Origin: Abditibacteriaceae bacterium
Lineage (GTDB): Bacteria; Armatimonadota; Abditibacteriia; Abditibacteriales; Abditibacteriaceae
Length of the DNA: 64,000 nt
Direction: 5' to 3'
NCBI GenBank assembly: GCA_031425655.1
Contig: JANPJS010000034.1
Location: 9,625-73,624 of the forward strand
Shown: in pieces, positions 43,755 through 53,443 of the stretch
Layout of the letters: each line of letters starts with the position of its first letter
Numbering within the stretch: position 1 is the first letter of the stretch
Translations under genes and position numbers: made by a program
The notes under the pieces: model-generated
What the model saw: the letters and a program-made list of their open reading frames with translations, nothing else
The model's database searches: none
Told to the model about the DNA's origin: nothing

Positions 43755-44534
43755 TTATTCGGGTGTAGCGTGGCTGTCAGCGGAGGCCGGAGGCGCCACG
43801 CTTTGTAACAGCGTGCCCGATTGGCGAGCGCCAAGAATCATCAGGCCGCCGATTATTAAAACTGGCAAAAAGCGGTCGAGCAGGGTGCCGCGTCGGGGTG
43901 TTAAGTGCCAGCCCTGAATAGAAACAGGCATTGGAAGTTCAGTAGAAGCAGCTTTGACGGGCGAATTGGAAAACGCGGATGGGCCTGCTTCGCCGGAGCC
44001 TGACATTACCGCTTGATGAGCAGGCGGCGCTAAGGCTTCGCGCAATTTCCACAGCGCGAAACTAATGGCTACGACGGCTAATTTGGCGACAACCGGCGCC
44101 TCAATCGTGATGATTCCGGCTAATGCGCCCATCGCGAAAGCCCCGGCAATGGTTGCCAGATAGCCGAGCAGTGGGGCCGGTGAAAGTTGCTTGAAAGCCG
44201 CGCCGAACGCGCTCATGGTGGCGATAGCAACCATCAGCGAGGCCATCATCAGGCCAATGGAAAGCACTAAAATCACGAAATCCGATTCGTTGCGGAAGTT
44301 GAAATAAATAAAGCCGCCGCTGGAAAGCGCCACAGCCGTGGCAAGTGGTTCCTGTGTCCACAGGCCGCGCCGCGCCAGAGCCTCGCTCCATTCCTGCGCC
44401 GCCATGTAAACCGCCAAGCCGCACGCGAGCAAAAAAGCCGTGCCGTGCAACGCAGGAATGGCTGCGTCTAAGCCTAATCCGAGCAGCAAAGCGCCGAATA
44501 ACAAGGTGTCGAAAAGTCGGTTGGAAACTACCAT
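43755..44534 (-). CDS. CdsA-position polytopic membrane protein with degenerate cytidylyltransferase signature
   Basis: It occupies the slot between uppS and dxr where cdsA normally sits. Only PRRGTLLDRFLPV remains of the expected KR..KD...PGHGG.LDR.D signature. A non-hydrophobic insert (APPAHQAVMSGSGEAGPSAFSNSPVKAAS) precedes it. Confidence 0.6.
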   Translation of the reverse strand: MVVSNRLFDTLLFGALLLGLGLDAAIPALHGTAFLLACGLAVYMAAQEWSEALARRGLWTQEPLATAVALSSGGFIYFNFRNESDFVILVLSIGLMMASLMVAIATMSAFGAAFKQLSPAPLLGYLATIAGAFAMGALAGIITIEAPVVAKLAVVAISFALWKLREALAPPAHQAVMSGSGEAGPSAFSNSPVKAASTELPMPVSIQGWHLTPRRGTLLDRFLPVLIIGGLMILGARQSGTLLQSVAPPASADSHATPE

Positions 44535-44556
44535 CGCGGAATTCAGGATAACAAAC

Positions 44557-44634
44557 TTGAGTTATGAATTTTGAGTTTTAAGTTTTGAGTTAGGCTGGCT
44601 CCTAATAACTCAAAACTCAAAATTCATAACTCAA
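44557..44634. repeat. intercistronic hairpin (TGAGTTTT-word type) between uppS and the cdsA-like gene
   Basis: Perfect 23-bp arms ttgagttatgaattttgagtttt (44557-44579) and aaaactcaaaattcataactcaa (44612-44634). The left side carries an extra word copy. It ends 2 nt from the uppS stop. Confidence 0.9.
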
Positions 44635-44636
44635 AA

Positions 44637-45398
44637 CTAATCTTTCACGCCTCCGAAGCGGCGGTCGCGTTTACTGAAGTCGAGAATGGCGCGGTGCAGT
44701 TCGGCGGGCGAAAAGTCCGGCCAGAGCGTCGGCGTCACCCACAATTCGGCATAGGCGATTTGCCAGGGCAGGAAGTTGGAAATACGCATTTCGCCGCCGG
44801 TGCGAATCATCAAATCGGGTTCGGGCAAACCGGCGGTGTAAAGCGAATCGGTGATATGCGTTTCAGTGAGTTCGTCGGCGCTCAGGCGACCCGCCTGGAT
44901 TTCGCTGAGCAGGTGGCGAAAGGCATCGGTGATTTCGGCGCGGCCTCCATAATTCAAGGCCAGACTTAGGACTAAGCCGGTGTTTTTTACGGTTGCGCTG
45001 ATGCAGTCGTCAATTTGGCGCAAGAGATGGTTCGGCAAGCCTTCGCGCCGCCCGATGTGGCGCACTTGAATGTTATTGGCGATCATGTCCGGCAATTCCT
45101 GCTTCAGATTGCGCGTAATCAGACGCAAAAGCGCCGTGACTTCGGACGATGGACGCTTCCAGTTTTCCGTGGAAAAGGTGTAAATCGTGAGCGCCGGAAT
45201 TTTCAGGTTGACGCATTCCTGAATAATGTCGCGCGTGGAGCGGGCGCCGACCGAGTGGCCGCGAATGACCATCCAGCCGCGCGCTTTGGCCCAGCGCCGA
45301 TTGCCGTCCATAATGATCGCGATATGCTGCGGCATTTTCTGAGGATCAAGCGGTTCAGACGACGCCGTGTCGGAAGAAGAGCGGGGTTGAGACAGCAT
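44637..45398 (-). CDS. uppS: isoprenyl transferase (undecaprenyl diphosphate synthase)
   Basis: HIAIIMDGNRRWAK, TIYTFSTENWKRP and the C-terminal RRFGG. Confidence 0.9.
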   Translation of the reverse strand: MLSQPRSSSDTASSEPLDPQKMPQHIAIIMDGNRRWAKARGWMVIRGHSVGARSTRDIIQECVNLKIPALTIYTFSTENWKRPSSEVTALLRLITRNLKQELPDMIANNIQVRHIGRREGLPNHLLRQIDDCISATVKNTGLVLSLALNYGGRAEITDAFRHLLSEIQAGRLSADELTETHITDSLYTAGLPEPDLMIRTGGEMRISNFLPWQIAYAELWVTPTLWPDFSPAELHRAILDFSKRDRRFGGVKD

Positions 45399-45403
45399 GA
45401 TAG

Positions 45404-45676
45404 TTAAGAATCGGAACGTGGAGCGGCTGGTTCGGGCTTGGGTAATTGTTCGCGCGCGATGAGAATTTCACAACGCGTTTCGGAATTGGAGGAAACGCGG
45501 CAGCGAAGCACGCGCCAATCACCGAGCGGCCCGGAGGCGCGCGGCGGAACCGTCTCGACAATCGTCAATTCGTGTCCGATTAATGCCTTGCGCGCTTCTT
45601 CTAAGGGCCAGCCGGTGACATCGGGGACGATCATTTCGCGCGAATGGAAGAAAGTTGCTGACATGAACGCGCTCAA
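45404..45676 (-). CDS. small PASTA-like domain protein
   Basis: VPDVTGWPLEEARKALIGHELTI...GDWRVLRCRV...EILIARE follows the PASTA consensus. The track start is TTG, overlapping the frr stop. Alternative ATGs lie at 45664 and 45634. Confidence 0.45.
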   Translation of the reverse strand: MSAFMSATFFHSREMIVPDVTGWPLEEARKALIGHELTIVETVPPRASGPLGDWRVLRCRVSSNSETRCEILIAREQLPKPEPAAPRSDS

Positions 45677-46230
45677 ACTTCCATGATGTCGGCTTCTTTG
45701 GCAGCGCGCAGTTTGTCGGCGTCGGCGACAAGGCGGTCGGTGATTTTCTGCACTTCGCCTTCGTAGCGCTGCACGTCGTCTTTGGTCAGACCACCGTCTT
45801 TTTCCAGTTTTTTCAATTGATCGTTGGCGTCGCGGCGAATGTTCCGCAGCGCGACTTTGTGCGCTTCGGCCTTTTTTGCGGCCATTTTTACCATTTCTTT
45901 GCGGCGCTCTTCGTTAAGCGTCGGGACGGAAACGCGCACGTTATCGCCGTCGCGGATGGCTTGAATTCCCAGATCGCTTTTGGAAATCGCGTTGGCGATT
46001 TGCGGCGCGAGAGCTTTGTCCCACGGCGTCACGAGAATCTGGCGCGGATCGGGCGAAGTGACGTTGGCGACCTGTTTCAGCGGCGTCGGCGTGCCGTAAT
46101 ATTCGACCATGACGCGGTCGAGAAGCGCGGGATTGGCCCGCCCTGTGCGCAGCGTTCCAAGATCGGTTTCCAGATCGTGCAACGTCGCTTTCATTTTGCG
46201 CTCCATCTCGGCAATGACTTGTTTGGGCAT
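45673..46230 (-). CDS. frr: ribosome recycling factor
   Basis: 185 aa. LRTGRANPALLDRVMVEYYGTPTPLKQVANV...PTLNEERRKEMVK is canonical Frr. Confidence 0.92.
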   Translation of the reverse strand: MPKQVIAEMERKMKATLHDLETDLGTLRTGRANPALLDRVMVEYYGTPTPLKQVANVTSPDPRQILVTPWDKALAPQIANAISKSDLGIQAIRDGDNVRVSVPTLNEERRKEMVKMAAKKAEAHKVALRNIRRDANDQLKKLEKDGGLTKDDVQRYEGEVQKITDRLVADADKLRAAKEADIMEV

Positions 46231-46309
46231 AGAGAAAATTCCTTTCGACAGGAATGAAATTCACGATTTCGGCGCGTTGAATCTTAGCACAGGCGGGATG
46301 AGGGAGAAA

Positions 46310-46437
46310 GGATGAAGAAGGGATGAGGGCGGAAGGATGAGGGATGAAGGATGAAAGAAGATGCTTCGCGCCGTTGAACTGAGCGCCGCAGGCGCATCTT
46401 CATCCCTCATCCTTCCGCCCTCATCCCTTCTTCATCC
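46310..46437. repeat. long hairpin element (GGATGA(A/G)G-word type)
   Basis: The left arm ggatgaagaagggatgagggcggaaggatgagggatgaag (+ an extra word) pairs with the right arm catcttcatccctcatccttccgccctcatcccttcttcatcc (46395-46437). The right arm supplies the last codons (MKKG-stop) of the 46421-47392 gene. Confidence 0.9.
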
Positions 46438-47392
46438 CCAGCCCTAAATCGCGGCAAAACGCGATGCTGCGCTCCAGTTCGGCGCGCTGATAATCCGCCT
46501 CGTTCATGCTTGCCGGAGCGAGTTCGTGTCCGCGAAAGCTCAAGTTCAAAAAGCGCATGAAATCGCCGGCGCGCACGTCTTCGTAAGGTGCCCAAAACGC
46601 CGGGTCGAAACATGGGAAACCGCGCGCAAAGCCGGAAATAATCTCTAATTGACAAGGCACGCCGGGACAAAGCTGTGCGAAACGCTGAAAATAAGCGTTC
46701 CAATCCACAAGGCCTTCGCCCATCGCCGTCCATTGCACCAAAACGTCGTTATCTTCGCGCCAGACCATCGAATCGCGGATGCCGCTCGAAACCGCGTAGG
46801 AGCCTAAAATTTCGAGATTGCGAAGCGGTTCTTCAAGCGCCCACGTCGCGTTGCCGGAATCTAAGGTCGCGCCGACGAAATCGGGGCCGGCTTCGTGGAT
46901 AAGCTCGACCAATTCGCGCGCCTGCATATCGCCGGCGTGGTTTTCGATGGCGATTTTGACGCCCGCGTCCAACGCTTGCGAGCGCACTGCCTTGCAAGCC
47001 GCGGCGGTGTCACGCATCCGGGCGCGAATTCCGCCTTCCGAAGTGCGGTCGTCGGCGTTGCCCAAATAACAGCGCGCGACCGGCGAACCGAGCGCCTCGG
47101 CCACGCGAATCGTGAGCGATAAATGCTCTTCGGCGTTGCCCCATTTATCGTTGAAAGTGTTGGAAGTCGGGCAAATGCTGCCCGTCCCGGCGTGGATTAC
47201 GAGGCCCAAGTCGTCGGCTTGCGCTTTGATTTCACGCAGGTAATTTTCGTCGTGGCTTTCGTAGACATTGAGGTCGGAAAACAGCACGGCGTCTAAATTG
47301 AGCGAGGCGGCGTAGTCGAGAAGTTGAGGCGCTTTCCAGTTCAGCGCGCGGATCGAAAAGTTGTCAAAACCGAGAGGAATGTTGAATTTCAT
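46421..47392 (-). CDS. sugar phosphate isomerase/epimerase (xylose isomerase-like TIM barrel)
   Basis: [18 protein letters not shown] and the overall AP-endonuclease-2/TIM pattern. Confidence 0.7.
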   Translation of the reverse strand: MKFNIPLGFDNFSIRALNWKAPQLLDYAASLNLDAVLFSDLNVYESHDENYLREIKAQADDLGLVIHAGTGSICPTSNTFNDKWGNAEEHLSLTIRVAEALGSPVARCYLGNADDRTSEGGIRARMRDTAAACKAVRSQALDAGVKIAIENHAGDMQARELVELIHEAGPDFVGATLDSGNATWALEEPLRNLEILGSYAVSSGIRDSMVWREDNDVLVQWTAMGEGLVDWNAYFQRFAQLCPGVPCQLEIISGFARGFPCFDPAFWAPYEDVRAGDFMRFLNLSFRGHELAPASMNEADYQRAELERSIAFCRDLGLGMKKG

Positions 47393-49673
47393 GTTGCCTT
47401 TTGTGGAGCAGAATTGTGGCGGCGCCGAAAAAGGCGCCCAAACCTAAAAGCGAAAGGAAAAGTCCGAGACGCAAGGTTTGCGGCTCATAAATCATCGTGA
47501 CGTGACGGCTGCCCGGCGGCAAGGCCACGCCGCGAAAAAGATAATTCGCCGGCTCGACTTTGACTTCGTGAGCGCGTCCGCCGCGCCAGTGGAACGCGCG
47601 CCAGCCGGGATACCAGCATTCACTCGCCACCAAAACCGCCGGTGCGTCCGCTTTGACTTCGACATCGAGCCAATTTAAATCGCGCTTCGAGCCGACAACA
47701 CGGCCCGGCATTCCGCCTTCGCGCACCGTCGGGAACGCTGTGAGCGCGGCGACGACAGGTTGGTTTTTCGCGTTGAAATCGCGCGTGGCCAAGCGTTTTA
47801 GCGCTGCCATCTGGCGTTCTTCGGGCAAGCGCAAAACGTGGCCGGTGAGATAAAAACGCGGCCACGCGCCTTCATATCTATGAAGAGCGAACTTCTCGCG
47901 TTGATGAATCTGATGCGTTACGCTCGCCACGCGCAGCAGCGGGGCACGATGCATGACCTGATAGCTGAAGCTGAAAAAAGGCTGGCCTTCGAGCGCACTG
48001 GCGAAGCGGAAAAAGCGGCGCGGCGCGGCGGGATCGTAGCCGTTGAACAAGTCAATGCCGCTGGTCAACCCGCCGTTCGTTTGCGGAGCGCCATTTTCCA
48101 GATTGGTTTCCCAGCGTTGTCCGGCGCGATGCGCGGCCAAAATCGAAGAAGGCCAGGCGATGCTCCGGCTCGGCCTGGGAATATGCGCCGAGCGCCAAAA
48201 CAAACAGAGCATTTCAGCCACGGCCACAACGACAAATGCACGACGAAAAAAATCACTGCGTGGTAAGCGGTGCGCTTCTGAGCGGTGCGCTTCGAACACG
48301 ATTTTGGCGCCTAACACCGCTACGACCATGCCGATGAGCGCCGCTTCGACAACCATTTTTTGTAATTTGACCGCATCCGCAAATCCCGCCCCCAGCGGCG
48401 AAATCGCCGCAGCGAGCGCCAACAAAGCCAGAATCATGGCAACTTCACACAACACCCAGCGAAAAAATGGCGGCGCCGAGCGGCGTGTAAACAATCCATC
48501 GCACGCAAAACCAGCCAGCAACGCGCCGGGCAACAGCCACAATTCGAGCCAACGCACCGGCACGCGCAGTGATGAAAAGCCGGGCAAATGCTCAAACGCG
48601 ATCTGATAGATAGGCGTGTTATGCCCCAGCGCCAGCGTGAATGCGACGGGCAGCAGCAGCCACAACGGAAGCACGGCGCGCGGCAGGCGTCCCTGAACAT
48701 CGCGCGCCAGAGACGGCGCGCCCACGGCGAGAAGTCCGGCTAAAAGCCCCAGCGACGCGGCTTCTTCGTGACCGTAACCGGGCAGGCTCCACTGCGGTAT
48801 AAGGTTGCCGCCGAAAAAGTCGGGAAGCAGCAGGCGCGCCAAAGATTGCCATGTGCCCGAACCGTGCATGGCCGTGTCAAAAGTAAGGTCGGCGCGGATG
48901 CTGAAGCGACCGCTTTCAAGCAGCGGCAGCCATGTCGAGGCGGTTGAAGCGACCATCAAAACCGTGGCGGCAAGGAGCAAAGGCAAGGCTGCTCGATTCG
49001 GCAGAAGCGAAAGGCCGCGCCCTCGGCGCGACAGCGAGCGAATCATCAGCAACCCGCCGCAGAAGGACAGGCTCAGCAGCGCCACCGGCGGATGCCCGGC
49101 GCTGAGTTGCAGCGCGCCGAAAAATGCCCACAACAAGATAGGGCGCGGACGCCCATTGCGCAGAAAACACAGCAGCGCCCAGAGCAGCCACGGCGTCCAT
49201 GCCCGCGCGGCGTGCCACGTCAGGTGCCCGACATAAAGGCGCGCCGAAACCGCGCCCGCAAGCGCCAGCACGCCCGCTGCCAGTAAAGCAGCGCTGCGGC
49301 TTTGACCTAAAACGCGCGCTAACTTGTAGGTGCCCAGCGCGAGGACGAAATTATGCGCCCATGCATCGCCGAGCAGCGCAAAGTGCAGCGGCAGCAGATT
49401 ATAAATCAGGTTCGGCGGGTAAAGCACCGCACTTTGTCCGTTCGCCATGAACGGCATCCCGCAAAAGACGTGCGGATTCCACAGTGGCAGGATGCCGCGC
49501 CCCAGTGATTCGCTGGTGAATGCGTGCCACGGCCCGAACGCGGAGATAGCATCGCCACCAAAGGGCAAGCCGCCGCGCGCCACCGCAAAAATCGCCGGGA
49601 TATAAGCCAAAATGCACAGCAGGGCCAACCCAAACCCGACGCGGCGGTCAGTTTTTGCGGGTAGGAAACTCAT
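47364..49673 (-). CDS. large polytopic membrane protein, YfhO-like
   Basis: 769 aa with more than 12 predicted TM segments. The N-terminal [23 protein letters not shown] resembles the YfhO family. C-terminal extracytoplasmic domain. Confidence 0.55.
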   Translation of the reverse strand: MSFLPAKTDRRVGFGLALLCILAYIPAIFAVARGGLPFGGDAISAFGPWHAFTSESLGRGILPLWNPHVFCGMPFMANGQSAVLYPPNLIYNLLPLHFALLGDAWAHNFVLALGTYKLARVLGQSRSAALLAAGVLALAGAVSARLYVGHLTWHAARAWTPWLLWALLCFLRNGRPRPILLWAFFGALQLSAGHPPVALLSLSFCGGLLMIRSLSRRGRGLSLLPNRAALPLLLAATVLMVASTASTWLPLLESGRFSIRADLTFDTAMHGSGTWQSLARLLLPDFFGGNLIPQWSLPGYGHEEAASLGLLAGLLAVGAPSLARDVQGRLPRAVLPLWLLLPVAFTLALGHNTPIYQIAFEHLPGFSSLRVPVRWLELWLLPGALLAGFACDGLFTRRSAPPFFRWVLCEVAMILALLALAAAISPLGAGFADAVKLQKMVVEAALIGMVVAVLGAKIVFEAHRSEAHRLPRSDFFRRAFVVVAVAEMLCLFWRSAHIPRPSRSIAWPSSILAAHRAGQRWETNLENGAPQTNGGLTSGIDLFNGYDPAAPRRFFRFASALEGQPFFSFSYQVMHRAPLLRVASVTHQIHQREKFALHRYEGAWPRFYLTGHVLRLPEERQMAALKRLATRDFNAKNQPVVAALTAFPTVREGGMPGRVVGSKRDLNWLDVEVKADAPAVLVASECWYPGWRAFHWRGGRAHEVKVEPANYLFRGVALPPGSRHVTMIYEPQTLRLGLFLSLLGLGAFFGAATILLHKRQHEIQHSSRF

Positions 49674-49843
49674 TGTAGAGGGGTCGAAAGCGCGCTGAGT
49701 TTATCAAACGCCCCGGCGAAAATTGCACGCGCGCCAGCCTTGATTTAGAATCAAATGCGGTCGGATTGCCCGCGAAATGGGCAGAATCAACGCTGTTTCT
49801 CCATTCGTCATTCTCAATTCTTCATTCTCATACAGGTGTTTCC

Positions 49844-50809
49844 TTGATCGAATTTCACGATGTTTCGGTTTGTTATCGCGCCGGGCGCGGTCGCGCGGTG
49901 CAGGCACTCGACAACATCAATCTCACCATCGGCGCCGGCGAATGGGTGTTTTTCGTCGGCCCGACCGGCGCCGGAAAAAGCACGCTGCTGAAACTCATTT
50001 ACGGCGGCGCGCAGCCGTCCGGCGGGCACATCATCGTAGACGGGCGCGACATCACCAAATTGCCCCCACACCAGATTCCGTGGCTGCGCCGCAAACTCGG
50101 TGTGGTGTTTCAGGATTTTCAGTTGCTCGAAGAAAAATCGGTCTGGGAAAACGTCGCTTTCGCGTTGCAAGTGACGGGCACTCCGCAACACAAATTGTCT
50201 ACAGCCGTCGCCCGCGCGCTCGATACCGTGGGCCTGACGCACCGCGCTTTGGCCCGTCCTCGTGAATTGTCGGGCGGCGAGCAACAGCGCGCGGCCATTG
50301 CGCGGGCTATCGTCAACGAGCCGCTGATTCTCTTGGCCGATGAGCCGACCGGGAACCTCGACCCGCAAACCGGCTCGGAAATCGCCGAAGTTTTGAATAA
50401 AGTCAACGAGCGCGGCACGACGGTCGTGATGGCCACGCACGACCGCGCTCTGGTGGACACGCTGCGCCGTCGCGTGGTGCGCTTCGCCGCCGGACAAGTC
50501 GTCGCCGACGAAGAGCACGGCGGCTATGCGCCCGATGAAGTCATATCGGAACTATCCAGCCGAATCGGCGGCGATTTGATGGATGCTTTGATGAAAGCGC
50601 CCCAGCCACAAGTTGAAATTAGGGCCGAGGAACAATCGTTAACTGTCCCTCAATCCGTAGAAATTGAACCGAAATTCGATGCCGCAAGGCCGTGGGCATC
50701 ACGAGCCACAGGCCCGAACGCGCATCCGGGCTTGAAGAACAAAGCGCCGCTCGGCTCGGCGGAAAATCCCCTGATCGTAGGAGTCGAGAACGAAGAATTA
50801 AGAAATTGA
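49844..50809 (+). CDS. ftsE: cell-division ABC ATPase FtsE with ~95-aa C-terminal extension
   Basis: A TTG at 49844 gives LIEFHDVSVCY, the usual FtsE start. Contains GPTGAGKSTLLKLIYG and LSGGEQQRAAIARAIVNEPLILLADEPTGNLD. Followed by ftsX. Confidence 0.85.
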   Translation: MIEFHDVSVCYRAGRGRAVQALDNINLTIGAGEWVFFVGPTGAGKSTLLKLIYGGAQPSGGHIIVDGRDITKLPPHQIPWLRRKLGVVFQDFQLLEEKSVWENVAFALQVTGTPQHKLSTAVARALDTVGLTHRALARPRELSGGEQQRAAIARAIVNEPLILLADEPTGNLDPQTGSEIAEVLNKVNERGTTVVMATHDRALVDTLRRRVVRFAAGQVVADEEHGGYAPDEVISELSSRIGGDLMDALMKAPQPQVEIRAEEQSLTVPQSVEIEPKFDAARPWASRATGPNAHPGLKNKAPLGSAENPLIVGVENEELRN

Positions 50810-50877
50810 TACTGGATGCTGGTTACTTGATGCCGGATGAAATTCTCTGACTTGGCTCATCCAGCATCCAGTATCAA
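50807..50877. repeat. intercistronic hairpin between ftsE and ftsX
   Basis: Perfect 17-bp arms ttgatactggatgctgg (50807-50823) and ccagcatccagtatcaa (50861-50877). The left arm begins with the ftsE stop codon. Confidence 0.85.
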
Positions 50878-50894
50878 GCATCAAAATTCCCATT

Positions 50895-51794
50895 ATGCCG
50901 TTAGAATTCATTGCTTTTTGGCTGCGCGAAACGCTGCGCAACATCGCGCGCAACCGCTTGATGAGCTTGCTCGCCACCAGCACCGTCGCCATCGGTTTGT
51001 TTATTTTGGGCGGCTTTTATTTGTCGCTGGCCAACGTGCGCGCGATGGTGAACAACCAGACGCAAAAGCTCGAAATCCGCGTGATTTTTGAGCCGAATAT
51101 TTCGGTCAAACGCCGCAAGGAAATCTACGACGCCTGCCGCATCGCCCAAGTCGCCGATTTGGAATTCGTCGCCAAAGGTCAGGCTTTGCGCGAAATGCAC
51201 CGCGATATGCCCGGCATTCCGATCAACGATTTGTTAGGCGGCGAGAATCCTTTGGGCGATGAGCTACGCATTCGCGTGAAAGACCCGGCGACGATTCCCG
51301 CCGTGCGCGCCTACATCAACACGCTGAAGGGAAAAGGCGTGGCGGAAACGCTCAGCGAAGTGGATTTCGTCAACAAATTGCTGCAAATTAACCGGATGCT
51401 GACGCTGCTCGGCTCGGTTGCACTCGTGGTGCTGGGATTGGGGATTTTGGCGATTATTTACAACACGATTCGCCTCACGGTTTACGCTCGCCGCCGCGAA
51501 ATTCGCATCATGGAATTAGTCGGAGCAACGCGCGGTTTTATTCGCGTGCCGTTCGTGCTCGAAGGCATTTTATTGGGCCTGGCGGGTTCGATTTTGGCTG
51601 CTGTGCTGCTCGCTTCGTTCTACACCGCCGCCGAAAGCATGATTCCCGACTCGCTGCGCTTGCTGTTTCCCATCGCCAAAGTGGATGTCATGCGGCGCTG
51701 CGCCACAGGGTTGGTTTTATCCGGTCTGGTATTCGGTTTCGTCGGTTCGATTTTCTCGCTCGAACGCTCGATTTCCAAAGTCGCGCAAAGCTGA
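50895..51794 (+). CDS. ftsX: cell-division permease-like protein FtsX
   Basis: 299 aa. TM1, a periplasmic domain and three C-terminal TMs, with MELVGATRGFIRVPF typical of FtsX. Confidence 0.85.
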   Translation: MPLEFIAFWLRETLRNIARNRLMSLLATSTVAIGLFILGGFYLSLANVRAMVNNQTQKLEIRVIFEPNISVKRRKEIYDACRIAQVADLEFVAKGQALREMHRDMPGIPINDLLGGENPLGDELRIRVKDPATIPAVRAYINTLKGKGVAETLSEVDFVNKLLQINRMLTLLGSVALVVLGLGILAIIYNTIRLTVYARRREIRIMELVGATRGFIRVPFVLEGILLGLAGSILAAVLLASFYTAAESMIPDSLRLLFPIAKVDVMRRCATGLVLSGLVFGFVGSIFSLERSISKVAQS

Positions 51795-51897
51795 AACGTC
51801 AAAAGACCTCGCAAAAATTTTAACAGCGCCTTAACTTTATGCCATTGGGCTAACGCCCCGCCCCATCCGATGACAAGGCTCGCACGAGAACAAAACA

Positions 51898-51930
51898 AAA
51901 CCGCCGCGAAGAATTTCTTCGCGGCGGTTT
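51898..51930. terminator. bidirectional intrinsic terminator (cold-shock gene / ftsX)
   Basis: aaaccgccgcgaagaa t ttcttcgcggcggttt, flanked by caaaacaaaa and cgtttt. Confidence 0.8.
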
Positions 51931-51945
51931 CGTTTTGGGGTAAAT

Positions 51946-52152
51946 TTAGACGCTGTGCTTGACGTTGGCGGCGCGCAAACCTTTGTCGGCTTGAGCCAGT
52001 TCAAACTCGACGACCTGGCCTTCTTTGAGCGAACGATAGCCGTCCATTTCAATGGAAGAATGGTGGACGAATACGTCTTCGCCGCCGCCTTCCTGCTCGA
52101 TGAAACCGAAGCCTTTGGTGTCGTTAAACCACTTCACGGTGCCTTTTGCCAT
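51946..52152 (-). CDS. cspA: cold-shock protein (CspA family)
   Basis: [34 protein letters not shown] carries the RNP1/RNP2 motifs. The ATG at 52152 has aggag upstream. The longer track ORF is an upstream extension. Confidence 0.92.
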   Translation of the reverse strand: MAKGTVKWFNDTKGFGFIEQEGGGEDVFVHHSSIEMDGYRSLKEGQVVEFELAQADKGLRAANVKHSV

Positions 52153-52268
52153 TGCGACAATTCTCCTGTGCTGGCGCCACGCCGGGAACTTGCTTGAGAC
52201 TTTTACAGCCATCTGCATCGTCCGTCATTGGTCAGCTAAACAAAATTAGTTCTTGCGAACTTGCGGCA

Positions 52269-52297
52269 ATTATAAATGGCGTCGATTTTGCTGTCAA
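52269..52297 (-). promoter_or_regulatory. consensus sigma-70-type promoter for the cold-shock gene
   Basis: The minus strand reads TTGACA (52297-52292), a 17-nt spacer, then TATAAT (52274-52269). This implies a 5' UTR of about 110 nt, as is usual for cspA-type genes. Confidence 0.6.
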
Positions 52298-52332
52298 GAG
52301 TGCCCCCCGATTGGGCCGCACTTCGTAGTCTT

Positions 52333-53277
52333 TCAACAAGAGTCAAGCGCAGGGTTGTGCCACACCTGGCATCCATCTCTGGACAGAAACATCTCATGCT
52401 GTTCCTGCCGATAGCGACAGCTTTCGTCGGCTTCTAAAATCCAGCCCTGTCCGGCCAGTTCCGCCAGTAATTTTTCCTCGATCAGACGGCTATGCGTGCC
52501 GATGACAAGGCGCCGCACTTTCCTCTTAAGCGCTTGGCGGGAGCAGCGCAGCACTTCGTATTCGTGACCTTGAATATCAATATGCACCAAATCCACGCGC
52601 TCAAAAGGTTTCAGTAACGTGGGGATAGAATAGCTTGTGATGCGCTCAACCGGTGATGCGCCGGTCTTGCCGTGACGCACGTAATGCGCCGCCGCTCGGA
52701 CTGGCCGCAAAACACGTCGGGCTAAGCGTTCTGCGGGCGATTTGTGCAAATTAACGGCTGCCGCGCCCCAATCATGAGCGGGATCGAGAAGGGTGGGAAA
52801 CTCGGCCACGCCATCTCGCTGCGCGACGATGCCCTGCAACAGCGTGTGTTGCCGCACATCGAGTCCGTTATCGGCAAAGTGTGATCTCATGTAATCGCAA
52901 TGCTCCTCCGAAGCCTCCACACCTACCAGATGCACTTCAGCAACGCCGCGCAGTTGAGCGGCGCGGGCCACGGTCACCAGCCACGGCGCCCAGCCAGCGC
53001 CCAGCTCGCAGGCCACGATTTTCGGCCCGGCAGTCAGCACGGCACGGAGCACACCGGCCCATTCCAGCGCGGTCGCATGAAAATTCGTAGGAATTGGGTA
53101 ATCTTCAATGCTGCTACCACCTCCGGCCAGCATCGAAATGTAAGCGATGCGCGTTTTAGTGCCTAGAAAGTCAATGACGTGATCCGGGCTGGCCGCTCCC
53201 TGGTAGCGCGGAAAAGAACGGATAACTTCCTCGTCTGTGAGCGGGAACTCGGTGGAAATGGTCATAAAATGGGCCAA
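52333..53277 (-). CDS. FkbM-family methyltransferase
   Basis: ACELGAGWAPW (SAM loop) and VDLVHIDIQGHEYEVL are typical of the FkbM family. Confidence 0.6.
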   Translation of the reverse strand: MAHFMTISTEFPLTDEEVIRSFPRYQGAASPDHVIDFLGTKTRIAYISMLAGGGSSIEDYPIPTNFHATALEWAGVLRAVLTAGPKIVACELGAGWAPWLVTVARAAQLRGVAEVHLVGVEASEEHCDYMRSHFADNGLDVRQHTLLQGIVAQRDGVAEFPTLLDPAHDWGAAAVNLHKSPAERLARRVLRPVRAAAHYVRHGKTGASPVERITSYSIPTLLKPFERVDLVHIDIQGHEYEVLRCSRQALKRKVRRLVIGTHSRLIEEKLLAELAGQGWILEADESCRYRQEQHEMFLSRDGCQVWHNPALDSC

Positions 53278-53443
53278 TGTTTTTAATGTGCCGTTCGCAC
53301 TTGCAAAATGTCGTGAAACAACGATTCCAACCGCGCGAGCCGACTGAGCCTATCTTTTCTTGAGACCCGGATTGCAAGGCGGCGATGTGTCTTTTGTGAG
53401 CCGGCCATTGCTTGACGCCGCGTGTCCCGCTACATTTTAAGCC

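Noticed and set aside
46261-46440. ORFs translated from the GGATGAAGG-type hairpin (e.g. 46407-46733) and other repeat-derived peptides (HKGTKTQR..., [10 protein letters not shown]...).
   Set aside because: These are products of reading tandem-word hairpins. Identical logic on the opposite arm gives mirror peptides, and there is no independent coding evidence.
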